DNA of 64,000 bases from NCBI GenBank assembly GCA_964016885.1, contig OZ024740.1, forward strand, positions 214,396,001 through 214,460,000. The letters run 5' to 3'. The stretch comes from Eledone cirrhosa (Eukaryota). How positions within the stretch are numbered: position 1 is the first letter of the stretch; each line of letters opens with the position of its first letter. The position numbers and the translations under genes were made by a program. The notes beneath the pieces are model-generated. The model did not search any database. It saw only the letters and a list, made by a program, of their open reading frames with translations, and was not told where the DNA came from. Positions 30,598 through 44,515 of the stretch are shown here, in pieces.

Positions 30598-30804
30598 CAG
30601 AGTGTCTTTCATTAAAAATATAGTAACGTGGACAGTGTCTTTCATTAAAACGAAGACGGTGTATTTCATTAAAAATGTAGTAACGTCTTTCATTAAACAT
30701 ATAGTAACGTAAACAGTGTCTTTTATTAAAAATATAGTAACGTAGACTGTCTTTCATTAAAAATATAATAATGTAGACTGTCTTTCATTAAAAATATAGT
30801 AACG
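30598..30804. repeat. Short degenerate ~30-bp tandem repeat
   Basis: GTCTTTCATTAAAAATATAGTAACGT, about 7 copies. Confidence 0.8.
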
Positions 30805-30979
30805 AAATAGTTAAAGGCGTTGCAGTATTTAGTTATGTAACTTAATATTCTGAGTTCAAATTCTGCCCAATTGATTTTGTTTTGCATCCTTCCGGAGATA
30901 GTTACAGACATGTATTAAAGGTCGATCTTATCGACTATGCTCTCAGCTTTAATTTATGTCTTTGTAACCGTTTATCAGT

Positions 30980-31281
30980 TGGTGGTGATTTGATAGAGTC
31001 ATTAGAACGTCAGATAGAATGCTTTATGGTATTCGTTTCAGCTCTCTACTCTCTGAGTTTAAATCCCTCCGAGGTCAACTTTACCTTTTAATTACAGGGG
31101 TCGATTCTTTTTCTATATTTCTTTTTCACTTCTTTTTTGCCACTCTCTCTATCCTTCTCTAGAAGAAATCTGCTGCATTCAGACCTGGAAAGGGGACGGG
31201 CTCTGTCAGATTTAAAAAATGCCCTAGAAATGTCGTATGTCAATACGGCGTCCCTACGACTCCTTTGGGAGTTACGGGACC
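30980..31281 (+). mobile_element. SINE-like composite repeat, second copy of 14030-14263
   Basis: Degenerate SINE head (GAGTTTAAATCC) plus the shared 3' body. Confidence 0.6.
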
Positions 31282-31329
31282 ACACATACACACATTATCT
31301 GAACACGTTGAGTGAAGCCCTTGTAATTC

Positions 31330-31708
31330 TCTATTGGACACATGTATTTCTCTGTCACTACTAATACCCTAGAGAAATAACAACCCTTATCATTCCCTAT
31401 TGGACACATATATTTCTCTGTCACTACTAATACCCTAGAGAAATAACAACCCTTGTCATTCCCTATTAGAAACATATATTTCTCTGTCACTACTAATACC
31501 CTAGAGAAATAACAACCCTTGTCATTCCCTATTAGAAACATATATTTCTCTGTCACTACTAATACCCTAGAGAAATAACAACCCTTGTCATTCCCTATTA
31601 GAAACATGTATTTCTCTGTCACTACTAATACCCTAGAGAAATAACAACCCTTGTCATTCCCTATTATAAACATGTATTTCTCTGTCACTACTAATACCCT
31701 AGAGAAAT
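31330..31708. repeat. 66-bp minisatellite (~5.5 copies)
   Basis: Unit contains TATTTCTCTGTCACTACTAATACCCTAGAGAAATAACAACCCTTGTCATTCCCTATT; 22-aa period in ORF track. Confidence 0.93.
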
Positions 31709-31836
31709 ATGAAACGTCAAACTATTTCATTTGTCCCTCACCCTCCCAATATTTATATGGAGCAAGTAACCAAATTAAGAAATCAGAATATTTGAAGGAA
31801 TTGGAACTAACGGGTTTATCTAGCGGGGAAACTTTG

Positions 31837-32710
31837 TTTTACTGGTGGTTAGGGCTACCACTGGTGGTTTTAGTGGCAGTTAGGGTTACCACTGGTGGTT
31901 TTACTGGTGGTTAGGGCTACCACTGGTGGTTTTACTGGCAGTTAGGGCTACCACTGGTGATTTTACTGGTGGTTAGGGCTACCACTGGTGGTTTTAGTGG
32001 CAGTTAGGGTTACCACTGGTGGTTTTACTGGTGGTTAGGGCTACCACTGGTGGTTTTACTGGCAGTTAGGGCTACCACTGGTGATTTTACTGGCAGTTAG
32101 GGCTACCACTGGTGATTTTACTGGTGGTTAGGGCTACCACTGGTGGTTTTAGTGGCAGTTAGGGTTACCACTGGTGGTTTTACTGGTGGTTAGGGCTACC
32201 ACTGGTGGTTTTACTGGCAGTTAGGGCTACCACTGGTGATTTTACTGGTGGTTAGAGCTACCACTGGCGGTTTTACTGGTGGTTAGGGCTACCACTGGCG
32301 GTTTTACTGGTGGTTTGGGCTACCACTGGTTGTTAGGGCTACCACTGGTGGTTAGGGCTACCACAAGTGGTTTTACTGGTGGTTTTACTGGTAATTAGGG
32401 CTACCACTGGTAATTAGGGCTATCACTGGTGGTTAGGGCTACCACAGGGGGATAGGGCTACCACAGGCAGTTAGGGAAACCACTGGCTATTAGGGCTACC
32501 ACTGGCAGTTAGGGCTACCACTGGTGGTTAGGGCTACCACAGGAGGTTAGGGCTACCACTGGCAGTTAGGGATACTACTGGTTATTTTGGCAACCATTGG
32601 AGGTTAGGGTTACCACTGGCAGTTAGGGCCACTAGAGGTGGTTAGGGCTAACACTGGAGGTTAGGGCTACTACTGGCAGTTAGAGCCACCACTGGCAGTT
32701 AGGCCTACCA
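31837..32710 (+). repeat. TTAGGG-containing minisatellite (32-bp units, then ~20-bp units)
   Basis: TTTTACTGG(TG/CA)GTTAGGGCTACCACTGGTGG, shortening to GGTTAGGGCTACCACTGG.. distally. Confidence 0.92.
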
Positions 32711-32843
32711 AAGTGGTTCACCTCCCTTCCTTGTCTAAAACCAGGTGGAAAAGAAAGGATCGAATGCAGATGATTAGAACGACTATGATGATGATGATGA
32801 TGGTGAGGATAACACTGACGATGACATCGATGGCTACCATCAC

Positions 32844-35800
32844 GTTGTTCGATCTAGTATCTGTTGTTCGATCTAGTATCTGTTGTTCGACCTAGTATCT
32901 GTTGTTCGACCTAGTATCTGTTGTTGTTCGATCTAGTATCTGTTGTTGTTCGATCTAGTATCTGTTGTTGTTCGATCTAATATATGTTGTGGTTCGATCT
33001 AGTATCTCTTGTGGTTCGATCTAGTATCTGTTGTTCGATCTAGTATCTGTTGTTCGACCTAGTATCTGTTGTTGTTCGATCTAGTATCTGTTGTTGTTCG
33101 ATCTAATATATGTTGTGGTTCGATCTAGTATCTCTTGTGGTTCGATCTAGTATCTGTTGTTCGATCTAGTATCTGTTGTTCGATCTAGTATCTGTTGTTC
33201 GATCTAGTATCTGTTGTTCGATCTAGTATCTATTGTTGTTCGATCTAGTATCTGTTGTTCGATCTAGTATCTGTTGTGGTTCGATCTAGTATCTGTTGTG
33301 GTTCAATCTAGGATCTGTTGTTCTTTGATATAGTATCTGTTGATGTTCGATCTAGTATCTGTTGATGTTCGATCTAGTATCTGTTGATGTTCGATCTAGT
33401 ATCTGTTGTGGTTCTATCTAGTATCTGTTGTTCGATCTAGTATCTATTGTTGTTCGATCTAGTATCTGTTGTGGCTTGAGCTAGTATCTGTTGTTGTTCG
33501 ATCTAGAATCTGTTGTTGTTCGATCTAGTATCTGTTGTTCGATCTAGTATCTGTTGTTCGATCTAGTATCTATTGTTGTTCGATCTAGTATCTGTTGTTG
33601 TTCGATCTAGTATCTGTTGTTCGAGTAAGTATCTGTTCTTATTCGATCTAGTATCTGTTGTTCGATCTAGTATCTGTTGTGGTTCGATCTAGTATCTGTT
33701 GTGGTTCGATCTAGGATCTGTTGTTCTTTGATCTAGTATCTGTTGATGTTCGATCTAGTATCTGTTGATGTTCGATCTAGTATCTGTTGTGGTTCTATCT
33801 AGTATCTGTTGTTCGATCTAGTATCTGTTGTTGTTCGATCTAGTATCTGTTGACGTTCGATCTAGTATCTGTTGTGGTTCTATCTAGTATCTGTTGTTCG
33901 ATCTAGTATCTGTTGTTGTTCGATCTAAAATCTGTCGTTGTTCGATCTAGTAACAGTTGTTCGATCCAGTATTTATTTTTGTTCGATCTAGCGTCTGTTG
34001 TGGTTCGATCTAGTATCTGTTGTGCTCCGATCTAGTATCTATTGTTGTTAGTTCTTGTATCTGTTGTTCGATGTAGTATTTATTTTTGTTCGATCTAGTG
34101 TCTGTTGTGGTTCGATCTAGTATCTGTTGTGCTCCGATCTAGTATCTATTGTTGTTAGTTCTTGTATCTGTTGTTCGATGTAGTATTTATTTTTGTTCGA
34201 TCTAGTGTCTGTTGTGGTTCGATCTAGTATCTGTTGATGTTCGATCTAGTATCTGTTGTTGTTCGATCTAGTATCTGGTGTTCGATCTAGTATCTGTTGT
34301 TGTTCGATCTAGTATCTGTTGTGGTTCGATCTAGAATCTGTCGTTGTTCGATCTAGTATTTATTTTTGTTCGATCTAGTGTCTGTTGTGGTTCGATCTAG
34401 TATCTGTTGTGGTTCGATCTAGTATCTGTTGTTCGATCTAGTATCTGTTGTTGTTCGATCTAGTAACTGTTTTTGTTCGATCTAGTATCTGTTGTTCGAT
34501 CTAGTATCTGTTGTTGTTCGATCTAGTAACTGTTTTTGTTCGATCTAGTATCTGTTGTTCGATCTAGTATCTATTGTTGTTCGATCTAGTATCTGTTGTT
34601 GTTAGTTCTAGTATCTGTTGTGGATCTATCTATTATCTGTTGTTCGATCTAGTATCTGTTGTTGTTCGATCTAGTATATGTTGTTGTTTGATATAGAATC
34701 TGTTGTTGTTCGATCTAATATCTGTTGTTCGATCTAGTATCTATTGTTGTTCGATCTAGTAACTGTTGTGTTTCGATCTAGTATCTGTTGTTCGATCTAG
34801 TATGTGTTGTTCGATCTCGTATCTGTTTTTCGATCTAGTATCTGTTGTTGTTCGATTTACTATCTGTTGTGGTTCGATCTAGTATCTGTTGTAGTTCGAT
34901 CTAGAATCTGTTGTTCGATCTAGTATTTATTGTTGTTCGATCTAGTGTCTGTTGTGGTTCGATCTAGTATCAGTTGTTCGATCTAGTATCTGTTGTTCGA
35001 TCTAGTATCTGTTGTTGTTCGATCTAATATCTGTTGTTGTTCGATCTAGTATCTGTAGTTCGATCCAGTATCTTTTGTTGTTCGATCTAGTATCTATTGT
35101 TGTTCGATCTTGTATCGATTGTTGTTCGATCTAGTATCTCTTGTTCGAGAATTTATCTGTTGTTTGTGCTAGTATCTGTTGTTGTTCGATCTAGTATCTG
35201 TTGTTGTTCGATCGAGAATCTGTTGTTGTTCGATCTAGTATCTGTTGTTCGATCTAGTATCTATTGTTGTTCGATCTAGTTTCTGTTGTTGTTACATCTA
35301 GTATCTGTTGTTCGATCTAGTATCTACTGTTGTTCGATTTAGTATCTGTTGTTTTTCGATCTAGTATCTGTTGTTCGAGATAGTATCTGTTGTTGTTCGA
35401 TTTAGTATCTGTTCGATCTAGTATCTGTTGTTGTTCAATCTAGTATCTATTGTTGTTCGATCTAGTATCTGTTGGTCGATTTAATATTTATTGTTGTTCG
35501 ATCTATTATCTGAGGTTGCTCGATCTAGTATCTGTTGTTCGATCTAGTATCTGTTGTTGTTCGATCTAGTATCTGTTGTTGTTCGATATAGTATCTGTTA
35601 TAGTTCGATCTAGTATCTGTTGGTCGTTTACTCTAGTATCTGTTGGTCGATCTGGTATCTGTTGTTCGATCTAGTATCTGTTGTTGTTTGCTCTAGTATC
35701 TGTTGGTCGATCTAGTATCTGTTGTTGTTCGATCTATTATCTGTTGTTCGATTTAATATCTATTGTTGTTCGATCTAGTATCTGTTTCTGTTCGTTCTAG

Positions 35801-37190
35801 TGTCTGTGGTTCGATCTAGTATCTTTTGTTGTTCGATCTAATATATGTTGTTGTTCGATCTATTATCTGTTGTTGTTCGATCTAGTGTCTGTTGTTGTTC
35901 GATCAAGTATCTGTTTTTGTTCGATCTAGTATCTGTTGTTGTTTTATCTAGTATCTGTTGTTGTGCGATCTAGTATCTGTTGTTCGATCTAGTATCTGTT
36001 GTTGTTTTATCTAGTATCTGTTGTTGTTCGATCTATTATCTATTGTTCGATTTAATATCTATTGTTGTTCGATCTAGTATCTGTTTCTGTTCGATCTAGT
36101 GTCTGTGGTTCGATCTAGTATCTTTTGTTGTTCGATCTAATATATGTTGTTGTTCGATCTATTATCTGTTGTTGTTCGATCTAGTGTCTGTTGTTGTTCG
36201 ATCAAGTATCTGTTTTTGTTCGATCTAGTATCTGTTGTTGTTTTATCTAGTATCTGTTGTTCTTAGATCTAGTATCTGTTGTTTGATCTAGTATCTGTTG
36301 TTCTTAGATCTAGTATCTGTTGTTCTTAGATCTAGTATCTGTTGTTCGATCTAGTATCTGTTGTTGTTTCATCTAGTATCTGTTGTTCTTAGATCTAGTA
36401 TCTGTTGTTCTTAGATCTAGTATCTGTTGTTCGATCTAGTATCTGTTGTTGTTTCATCTAGTATCTGTTGTTCCATATAGTATCTATTGTTGTTCGATCT
36501 AGTATCTGTTGTTGTTCCATCTAGTATCTGTTGTTCGATCTAGTGTCTGTTGCTGTTCGAGCTAGTATCTACTCTTCGAGCTAGTATCTGTTGTTGTTCT
36601 ATGTAGTATCTATTGTTCCATCTAGTCTCTGTTGTTGTTCGATCTGGTATCAGCTGTTGTTTGCTCTAGTATCTATTGTTCGATCAGGTGTCTGTTGTTG
36701 TTGGAGCTAGTATCTATTGTTGTTCGGTCTAGTATCTGTTGTTGTTCGATCTATTGTCTTTTGTTGTTGTTCGATCTAGTATCTGTTGTTGTGCGATCTA
36801 GTATCTGTTGTTCGATCTAGTATCTGTTGTTCGATCTACTATCTGTTGTTGTTCGATCTAGTATCTGTTGTTGTTCGATCTAGTGTCTGTTGTTCGAACT
36901 TGTATCTGTTGTTGTTCAATCTAATATCTGTTCTTCGATATAGTATCTTTTGTTGTTCGATCTAGTATCGGTTGCTGTTCGATCTAGTATCTTTTGTTGT
37001 TCGATCTAGTATCGGTTGCTGTTCGATCTAGTATCTGTTGTTGTTCGATCTAATGTCTGTTGTTGTTCGATCAAGTATCTGTTGTTGTTCTATCTAGTGT
37101 CTGTTGTTCGATCTAGTATCTATTGTTGTTCGATCTAGTATCTGTTGTTCGATCTAGTATCTGTTGTTGTTCTATCTAGTATCTGTTGTT
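32844..37190. repeat. 19/22-bp minisatellite (~200 copies)
   Basis: Unit CGATCTAGTATCT(GTT)2-3; length varies by one GTT. Confidence 0.97.
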
Positions 37191-37695
37191 GTGTGTGTAC
37201 GTGTGTGTATGTGTGTATGTGTGTATGTGTGTATGTGTGTATATGTGTATGTGTGTATGTGTGTATGTGCGTGTATGTGCATGCATGTGTGTGTATATGT
37301 ATATATATATGTATGTGTAAGTGCATGTGTGTATTTGTGTGTGTATGTGTGTATGTGTACGTGTATGTATGTGTATGTATATGTGTGTATGTGTGTGTAG
37401 GTGTGTGTATATGTGTGTATGCGTATGTATTTGTGTGTATGTGTGAGTATGTGTGTGTATATGTGTGTATGTGTATTTGTATATTTTTATGTATTGTGTG
37501 TGCATGTGTATGTGAGTGTATGAATGTGTGTATATATGTGTGTGTGCGTGTGTATGTGTGTATATATGTATATGTGTATGTGTATATATGTGTATATATG
37601 TGTATGTGTGTATATGTGTCAACGCAATAATCTATAATTGAATATCGTTTCCATATTGTTGTCTCCACTGAAATGTTATTGTTGTTATTATTATA

Positions 37696-37727
<32 letters not shown>

Positions 37728-37892
37728 CGTTGTTGTTGTTGTAAATGCTGTTGTTGTTGTTGTTGTTGTTATTGTTGTTATTGTTATTGTTATTGTTATT
37801 GTTGTTATTGTTATTGTTGTTGTTGTTGTTGTTATTGTTGTTATTATTGTTGTTGTTGTTGTTGTTATTATTGTTGTTATTATTGTTATAAA

Positions 37893-37955
<63 letters not shown>

Positions 37956-38890
37956 CTCCAAGGAAAAGATCAGTGAGATGTTGTTTCCAAGAAATATATA
38001 GGTCGTCACATCAGCAGCAACTGCACTGAGAAGAGAACTCAATACCTACAAAGTTTGGTACACTTTCTTCATGGTACAGTTGTTCCTTTCTAATACCATG
38101 AGGAAGAGGGTGAGGATGAACAGGATGATGAGAAGGGTATTGATGATGATGATGATAAGGAGGAGGAGGAGGAAGAGGAAGAGAAGGAGGGTGATGATAA
38201 TGGTGATGAAGATAATGATGATGATGATGATGATGATGACGATGATAATGATGATGATGGTGATGATAAGGATGATGGTGATGATGGTGATGATAAGGAT
38301 GATGATGGTGATGATGACGATGATGATGATGATGATGATGGCGATGATGATATGATGATGATGATGATGATAAGGATGATGATGGCAATGAAGGGGTGAT
38401 AACAATTTCCCTTACTTCACCTCGTTTTCATGAACACCATTATTACCGTGGATTGGCAGTATCGGTAGAGGGTCGGACGCCATGCTTTGCAGCATAGAGT
38501 TACGGCCCTTTATGATCTGAGTTCAAATCCCGCCGAGGTTAACTTTGCCTTTCATCCTTACGAGGTCGATAAAACAAAGTACCAGTAATACACTGGGATA
38601 ATTACTGGCCTTCAGCCAAAAGTAGAAATAATTATTGCCACATAGTCATTATCACCACCACCACCACCACCACCATCACCACAACCACCGCTACCAGTAC
38701 CCCACCCCCTCCCGCACCCCCACCACCCCCACCACCACCACCACAACCACCACAATCATCATCACCGCCACCATCACCACCACCATCATCATCACCACCA
38801 CCGCCATCATCACCACCATCATCACCATCATCATCATTACCACCATCATCAGCACCATCATCACCATCACCATCACCACCACCATAATCA
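37190..38890. repeat. Compound microsatellite block: TG/TA, GTT/ATT, GAT, CAC/CAT
   Basis: Read directly; interrupted by a SINE at 38448-38635. Confidence 0.9.
38448..38635 (+). mobile_element. tRNA-SINE family A
   Basis: Full-length match. Confidence 0.9.
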
Positions 38891-39002
38891 TATTCTAACT
38901 TCTAATCCTACAATGTAAAATACAACTGAAATTCTGTTATTTCAGAATGTAAGTAATTGATATTCTACAATTGTCAATTACTTCCTACACATTTACGACC
39001 CT

Positions 39003-39114
<112 letters not shown>

Positions 39115-39388
39115 TGTGTGTGTGTGAGTGAATGTTTATATATATATATATTTTTATTATATACATATATATGTGTGTGTGTGTATATATTGTGTAGCTT
39201 GCTTCGTTCTTTTGGCTTCGGTGGCTGATGGCTTCTTGACGGCCGTTTTCAGTTTGTTTGGCCTCGATAACCTATGTTTATTGCTGCTCTGGTCTTTTAG
39301 TCTCTTGAGCGCTTGCCGCATATCTGGAAAATTACGTTTCGCTTTGTTTTTGACCACTGCCGAAATTCGATCTCGCTGAAATTATATT

Positions 39389-39423
<35 letters not shown>

Positions 39424-39432
<9 letters not shown>

Positions 39433-39617
39433 ATCAAAAGATGGTTAAAAGAGTTCCATGTATTTTATTATGCGCATTTCAAAAACAAATATCATCATGC
39501 GATGACATTTGCGTTTTCGTCACGAAAACGCAAATGTCATCGCATGATGATATTTGTTTTTGAAATGCGCATAATAAAATACATGGAACTCTTTTAACCA
39601 TCTTTTGATCTTATATA
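39424..39617. repeat. Perfect ~190-bp palindrome of a PLE pLTR end
   Basis: Centre TTTTCGT-C-ACGAAAA; arm homologous to 40331-40420. Confidence 0.92.
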
Positions 39618-39710
39618 TTATTTATACTCCAGTCCTACAACTTGTAGAGTGCTACTTATCCGATATCTGCATTGCTTTATTATTGTACTACAATAAAACT
39701 CACCTCCTAC

Positions 39711-39851
<141 letters not shown>

Positions 39852-39932
39852 CCACCACCCCACTCTCAAGAGCGTGAAACTAACAAACCTTTGTTCGTAC
39901 TGCCTCTCTGTTTTGTTCCCGTTCAATTTTTT

Positions 39933-39970
<38 letters not shown>

Positions 39971-39974
<4 letters not shown>

Positions 39975-40090
39975 AAAAAGAATGACTTCACTTGAAGTGT
40001 TAAATAATTTGATTTATTTTTATATTATAATATAAAATTAAATCAAATTATTTAATACTATAAGTGAAGTCATTCTTTTCCTTTTTTTTC
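39971..40090. repeat. AT-rich fold-back inverted repeat adjoining (TA)n
   Basis: AAAAGAATGACTTCACTT...AAGTGAAGTCATTCTTTT. Confidence 0.8.
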
Positions 40091-40150
40091 AAATATACCT
40101 AACTGTACCAAGGATCTCACATCTTTTCCAATATATATATATATATATAT

Positions 40151-40280
40151 CCTGATGATTTCTAAAGAATGAAACAGTTCTAGTCCTGTAGAATCTCATC
40201 TATATTAAAACTTTTATACTCTGCAATGTATTAAGTACCTTACTTACTGTGGTTACCTCCGATTCAACCCGGAATAACGT

Positions 40281-40285
<5 letters not shown>
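40151..40285 (+). mobile_element. PLE pLTR fragment with hammerhead core, 5'-truncated at CUGAUGA
   Basis: CCTGATGA-TTTCTAAAGAAT-GAAA-CAGTTCTAGTCCTG-TA; same family as 18633-18733; (TA)n on both sides. Confidence 0.75.
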
Positions 40286-40328
<43 letters not shown>

Positions 40329-40361
40329 ATATAAGATCAAAAGATGGTTAAGAGTTCCATG

Positions 40362-40432
40362 TATTTTATTATGCGCATTTCAAAAACAAATATCATCATG
40401 CGATGATATTTGCGTTCTCATCAGATAAAATA
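40362..40432 (-). ncRNA. Type I hammerhead ribozyme with palindromic minimal stem III
   Basis: Minus strand UAUUUUAU-CUGAUGA-GAACGCAAAUAUCAUC(GCAU)GAUGAUAUUUGUUUUU-GAAA-UGCGCA-UA-AUAAAAUA. Confidence 0.85.
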
Positions 40433-40450
40433 GGGAGACATGATATGAAG

Positions 40451-40560
<110 letters not shown>

Positions 40561-40771
40561 GTGTGTGTGTGTGTCTGTGTGTGTGTGTGTGTGTGTGCGC
40601 GTGTCTGTGTCAATTATTTCTTAGACTTTTAGGACCCTTTATTTATAGAAAAAAAACATTACTGTAGTGATGGAAATATATTTAGCCATGCCACATAAAT
40701 ATATGTATATGTAAATGTATATCTATATATATATGTACATATATATATGCTTATGAATATATGTATATCTC

Positions 40772-40910
40772 TCTCCTCCTCCTTCAAGTTTGACCTGTGT
40801 GTAATTCTTTTCTCGCGCGGTCTTGACCAAGCTGGTATGGAATTTTTTTTCTCTCTCTCTCTTTCGTCTGCGACTTCACAAAACTTATGTTTACCGAATT
40901 CGTAGACCAG

Positions 40911-40941
<31 letters not shown>

Positions 40942-41305
40942 CTTCTTCTTCTTCTTCTTCTTCTTCTTCTTCTTCTTCTTCTTCTTCTTCTTCTTCTTCT
41001 TCTTCTTCCTGTTAGATCTGTGTGAAATTCCTTCCTTGCTCACATTTCAACCAGGTTTGATGGTCTTTTGTCTCTTGTTCACGATTTCACCGAGTTTATA
41101 TTCATAGAGATCTGGGACTTGTCTATTTCTTCTCACTTTCCGTTGCTTAAACCATTTTGTTTGTTACCCTACGTCCCCTTTATTTACGTGTCCCAACGAC
41201 TTTTTTTAGCCGTTGTTCGCACCAACCTGAGGCATATGGCCCTTAAAGCGATGAAATGCCTGGGACGGTTGGAGGGTCACTGATGAAGGACTTACTTTTT
41301 CATAT
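40772..41305 (+). mobile_element. Non-coding repeat in (TA)n; inverted copy of 48195-48740
   Basis: Reverse-complement identity including the internal (CTT)n tract. Confidence 0.8.
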
Positions 41306-41339
41306 GTATATATATATATATGTATACACATATATATAA

Positions 41340-41384
<45 letters not shown>

Positions 41385-41603
41385 TATTTATGTATATATA
41401 TAAAAATATACATGTATATATAAATATCTATATATATATACACACACATCTTTGTGTGTATGCATATATATATATATATATATATATGCATGTAGTGTGT
41501 TTAAAAATATAAATATATGCATATATATAAGTAACAAATAGTTTATCGCTCTACATGGCTGAATACAATAAATGTAATCTGAGCTTTTCGAATATTAATA
41601 ATA

Positions 41604-42028
41604 ATATTCGATCCGTTTGCCATTATGCAAACAGCCTCTTTAAAGCCATGTCAGTAGAATGAACCCTTCATTCTTGCTCTTGTTATGACATGTAAACAGA
41701 ACTGCAGTCACTAATGTTTCTGGGTGATTACCCTTTATCAATACAATATACTGCTTACCTGTCAACTGTCAGAGCTAGTGAAAATATATATTTTCTAAAA
41801 TATACAGTGACTGATCGGCCTGATTTGCATATTAGCAGACTGGCTGATCAGTCAGATCTGCATATTAGCAGATCCACGGATCAGCCAGATTTGCATATCA
41901 GCAGACAGGCGAGTCAGTTTCATGTATACGAGCGGTTACATGCCAATACAAGAACAAGAAATGATGGTGTCATTCTACTGACATGGCTTTAAAGAGGCCA
42001 TTTCCATAATGGCAACCGAATCGAATAT
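41604..42028. mobile_element. MITE-like element with ~90-bp terminal inverted repeats
   Basis: ATATTCGATCCGTTTGCCATTATG..GCCTCTTTAAAGCCATGTCAGTAGAATGA matches the reverse complement of 41935-42028; internal three ~33-bp repeats. Confidence 0.7.
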
Positions 42029-42200
42029 CGGTAGAGAGTCGTACACTATGCTTTGAAGCATAGAGTTACGTCCCTTTATGATCTGAGTTCAAATTCCGCC
42101 GAGGTTAACTTCGCCTTTCATCCTTACGACGTCGATAAAATAAAGTACCAGTAATGTACTAGGTAAATGCTGGCCTTGTGCCAAAAGTAGAAACAATTAT
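42026..42200 (+). mobile_element. tRNA-SINE family A, slightly 5'-truncated
   Basis: Matches the family. Confidence 0.88.
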
Positions 42201-42223
42201 TAATATTCAAAAAAGTCAGATGC

Positions 42224-42372
<149 letters not shown>

Positions 42373-42450
42373 GTGTCTTTGGTGTGTATGTGTCCTTGTT
42401 AAATGGGTAAAATTATTTGTAGCTGACATCTGATATCAATTATATATACA

Positions 42451-42499
<49 letters not shown>

Positions 42500-42512
42500 T
42501 ATATACATCTAT

Positions 42513-42578
<66 letters not shown>

Positions 42579-43541
42579 ATACACACACACACATACACAT
42601 ACATATATACATATGTTATATTATGTCTTAATTTTGTATAAAGCGTTAATATGAAGCTTAAGACATCTTGTCTTGTTGTGTAGATCATTGAATTGCTAAT
42701 AGTCAGCTTTAATCTGCCATTAAATATAAAGAGAGGGACTAGAGTTTTAGAAAAGCTGAAACATTAATATTATTAACAGTCGTTTGGTTGTCTCTTTAGC
42801 TGAATATTAGTGGAAGATATGTTGATACGGACCAGCATTAGCTCACATATACACACATATACACACTCATACACTCATACACACATATACACACATATAC
42901 ACACATACACAAACCCATATATACACACTCACACACACACACACATACACACACGCATACACTCATACACACATATACACACATATACACACATACACAA
43001 ACCCATATATACACACTCACACACACATATACACACGCATACACTCATACACACATATACACACATATACGCACATACACAAACCCATATATACACACTC
43101 ACACACACACACACACACATATACACACGCATACACTCAAACACATATACACACATACACACATATATAAACACAAACGCACGTACATACTTACACATAC
43201 ACGCATATATAGACACAAACGCACGTACATACTTACACATACACTCATACACGCATATACACATACATATATATATATTAGCATATATATATATACACAT
43301 ACGCATACACATATACGCGCATACACACACATATACACACTCATACACACACATATACACACTCATACTCGCATATACACACATATACACATACACAAAC
43401 GCATATACACAAATACACACTCACACACACACACACACGCAAACACACACTCACACGCAAACACACATATATATATGTGTATATATATATATATATATGT
43501 GTGTATGTGTGTGTGTGTGTGTATAAATGTATATATATATT

Positions 43542-43638
<97 letters not shown>

Positions 43639-43641
43639 ATT

Positions 43642-43678
<37 letters not shown>

Positions 43679-43895
43679 ATATATACATATATATATATAT
43701 ATGTACACGTACATACATATATGTATACAGACGTACAGTAGTATGTATATATATATACATACATGCACACATATATATATGTACGTATGGATTCACATTT
43801 ATTATAATGCCCGGTGTGTTTGTAAACAAACATCCCGTATTAAGCCGTAGTGTCCAGCAACCATCGTTGCTCGTTTGTTTAACACTGACAAAGGA

Positions 43896-43938
43896 ACGCT
43901 GTACTAGTTTCAAGCTTATTAGCTATCGTCAGCAACGT
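43896..43938 (-). ncRNA. Minimal type I hammerhead ribozyme
   Basis: Minus strand ACGUUG-CUGACGA-UAGCU(AAUA)AGCUU-GAAA-CUAG-UA-CAGCGU; 6-bp stem I, palindromic ACUAGU stem III, GUA triplet. Confidence 0.85.
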
Positions 43939-44040
43939 ATACCTTCCTGCCAGATTGTTGAACGTACCTTATGCATATTAACGGCTAAGTAGTCCAATTT
44001 GCATATCGAGTGGGTTAATCGGCCGGGTGCACCAAAAACG

Positions 44041-44515
44041 ATAAACGGAAAAAATGAAACAAAATTTCATTTCCCACTCTTAGTACGGATGTTACTTAAA
44101 TATAAGTATGTGCACGTATATACATATATGTATACAGACGTACAGTAGTATGTATATATATATACATACATGCACATATATATATATGTACGTATGGATT
44201 CACCGAACATTTATTATAATGCTCGGTGAGACGTACAGTAGTATGTATATATATATACATACATACATGCACACATATTTATATATACGTATGGATTCAC
44301 CGAATATTTATTATAATGTTCGGTGTGTTTGTAAACACACCGAGCATTATAATAAATGTTCGGTGAATCTATACGTACATATATATATGTGTGCATGTAT
44401 GTATATATACATACTACTGTACGTCTGTATACATATATGTATGTACGTGTACATACTTATATTTAAGTAACAGCCGTACTAAGAGTGGAAAATGAAATTT
44501 TGTTTCATTTTTTCC

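Noticed and set aside
41225-41300. Hammerhead at CTGATGAAGG
   Set aside because: No downstream GAAA/stem III, and the upstream GAAA does not give a consistent type II or III fold.
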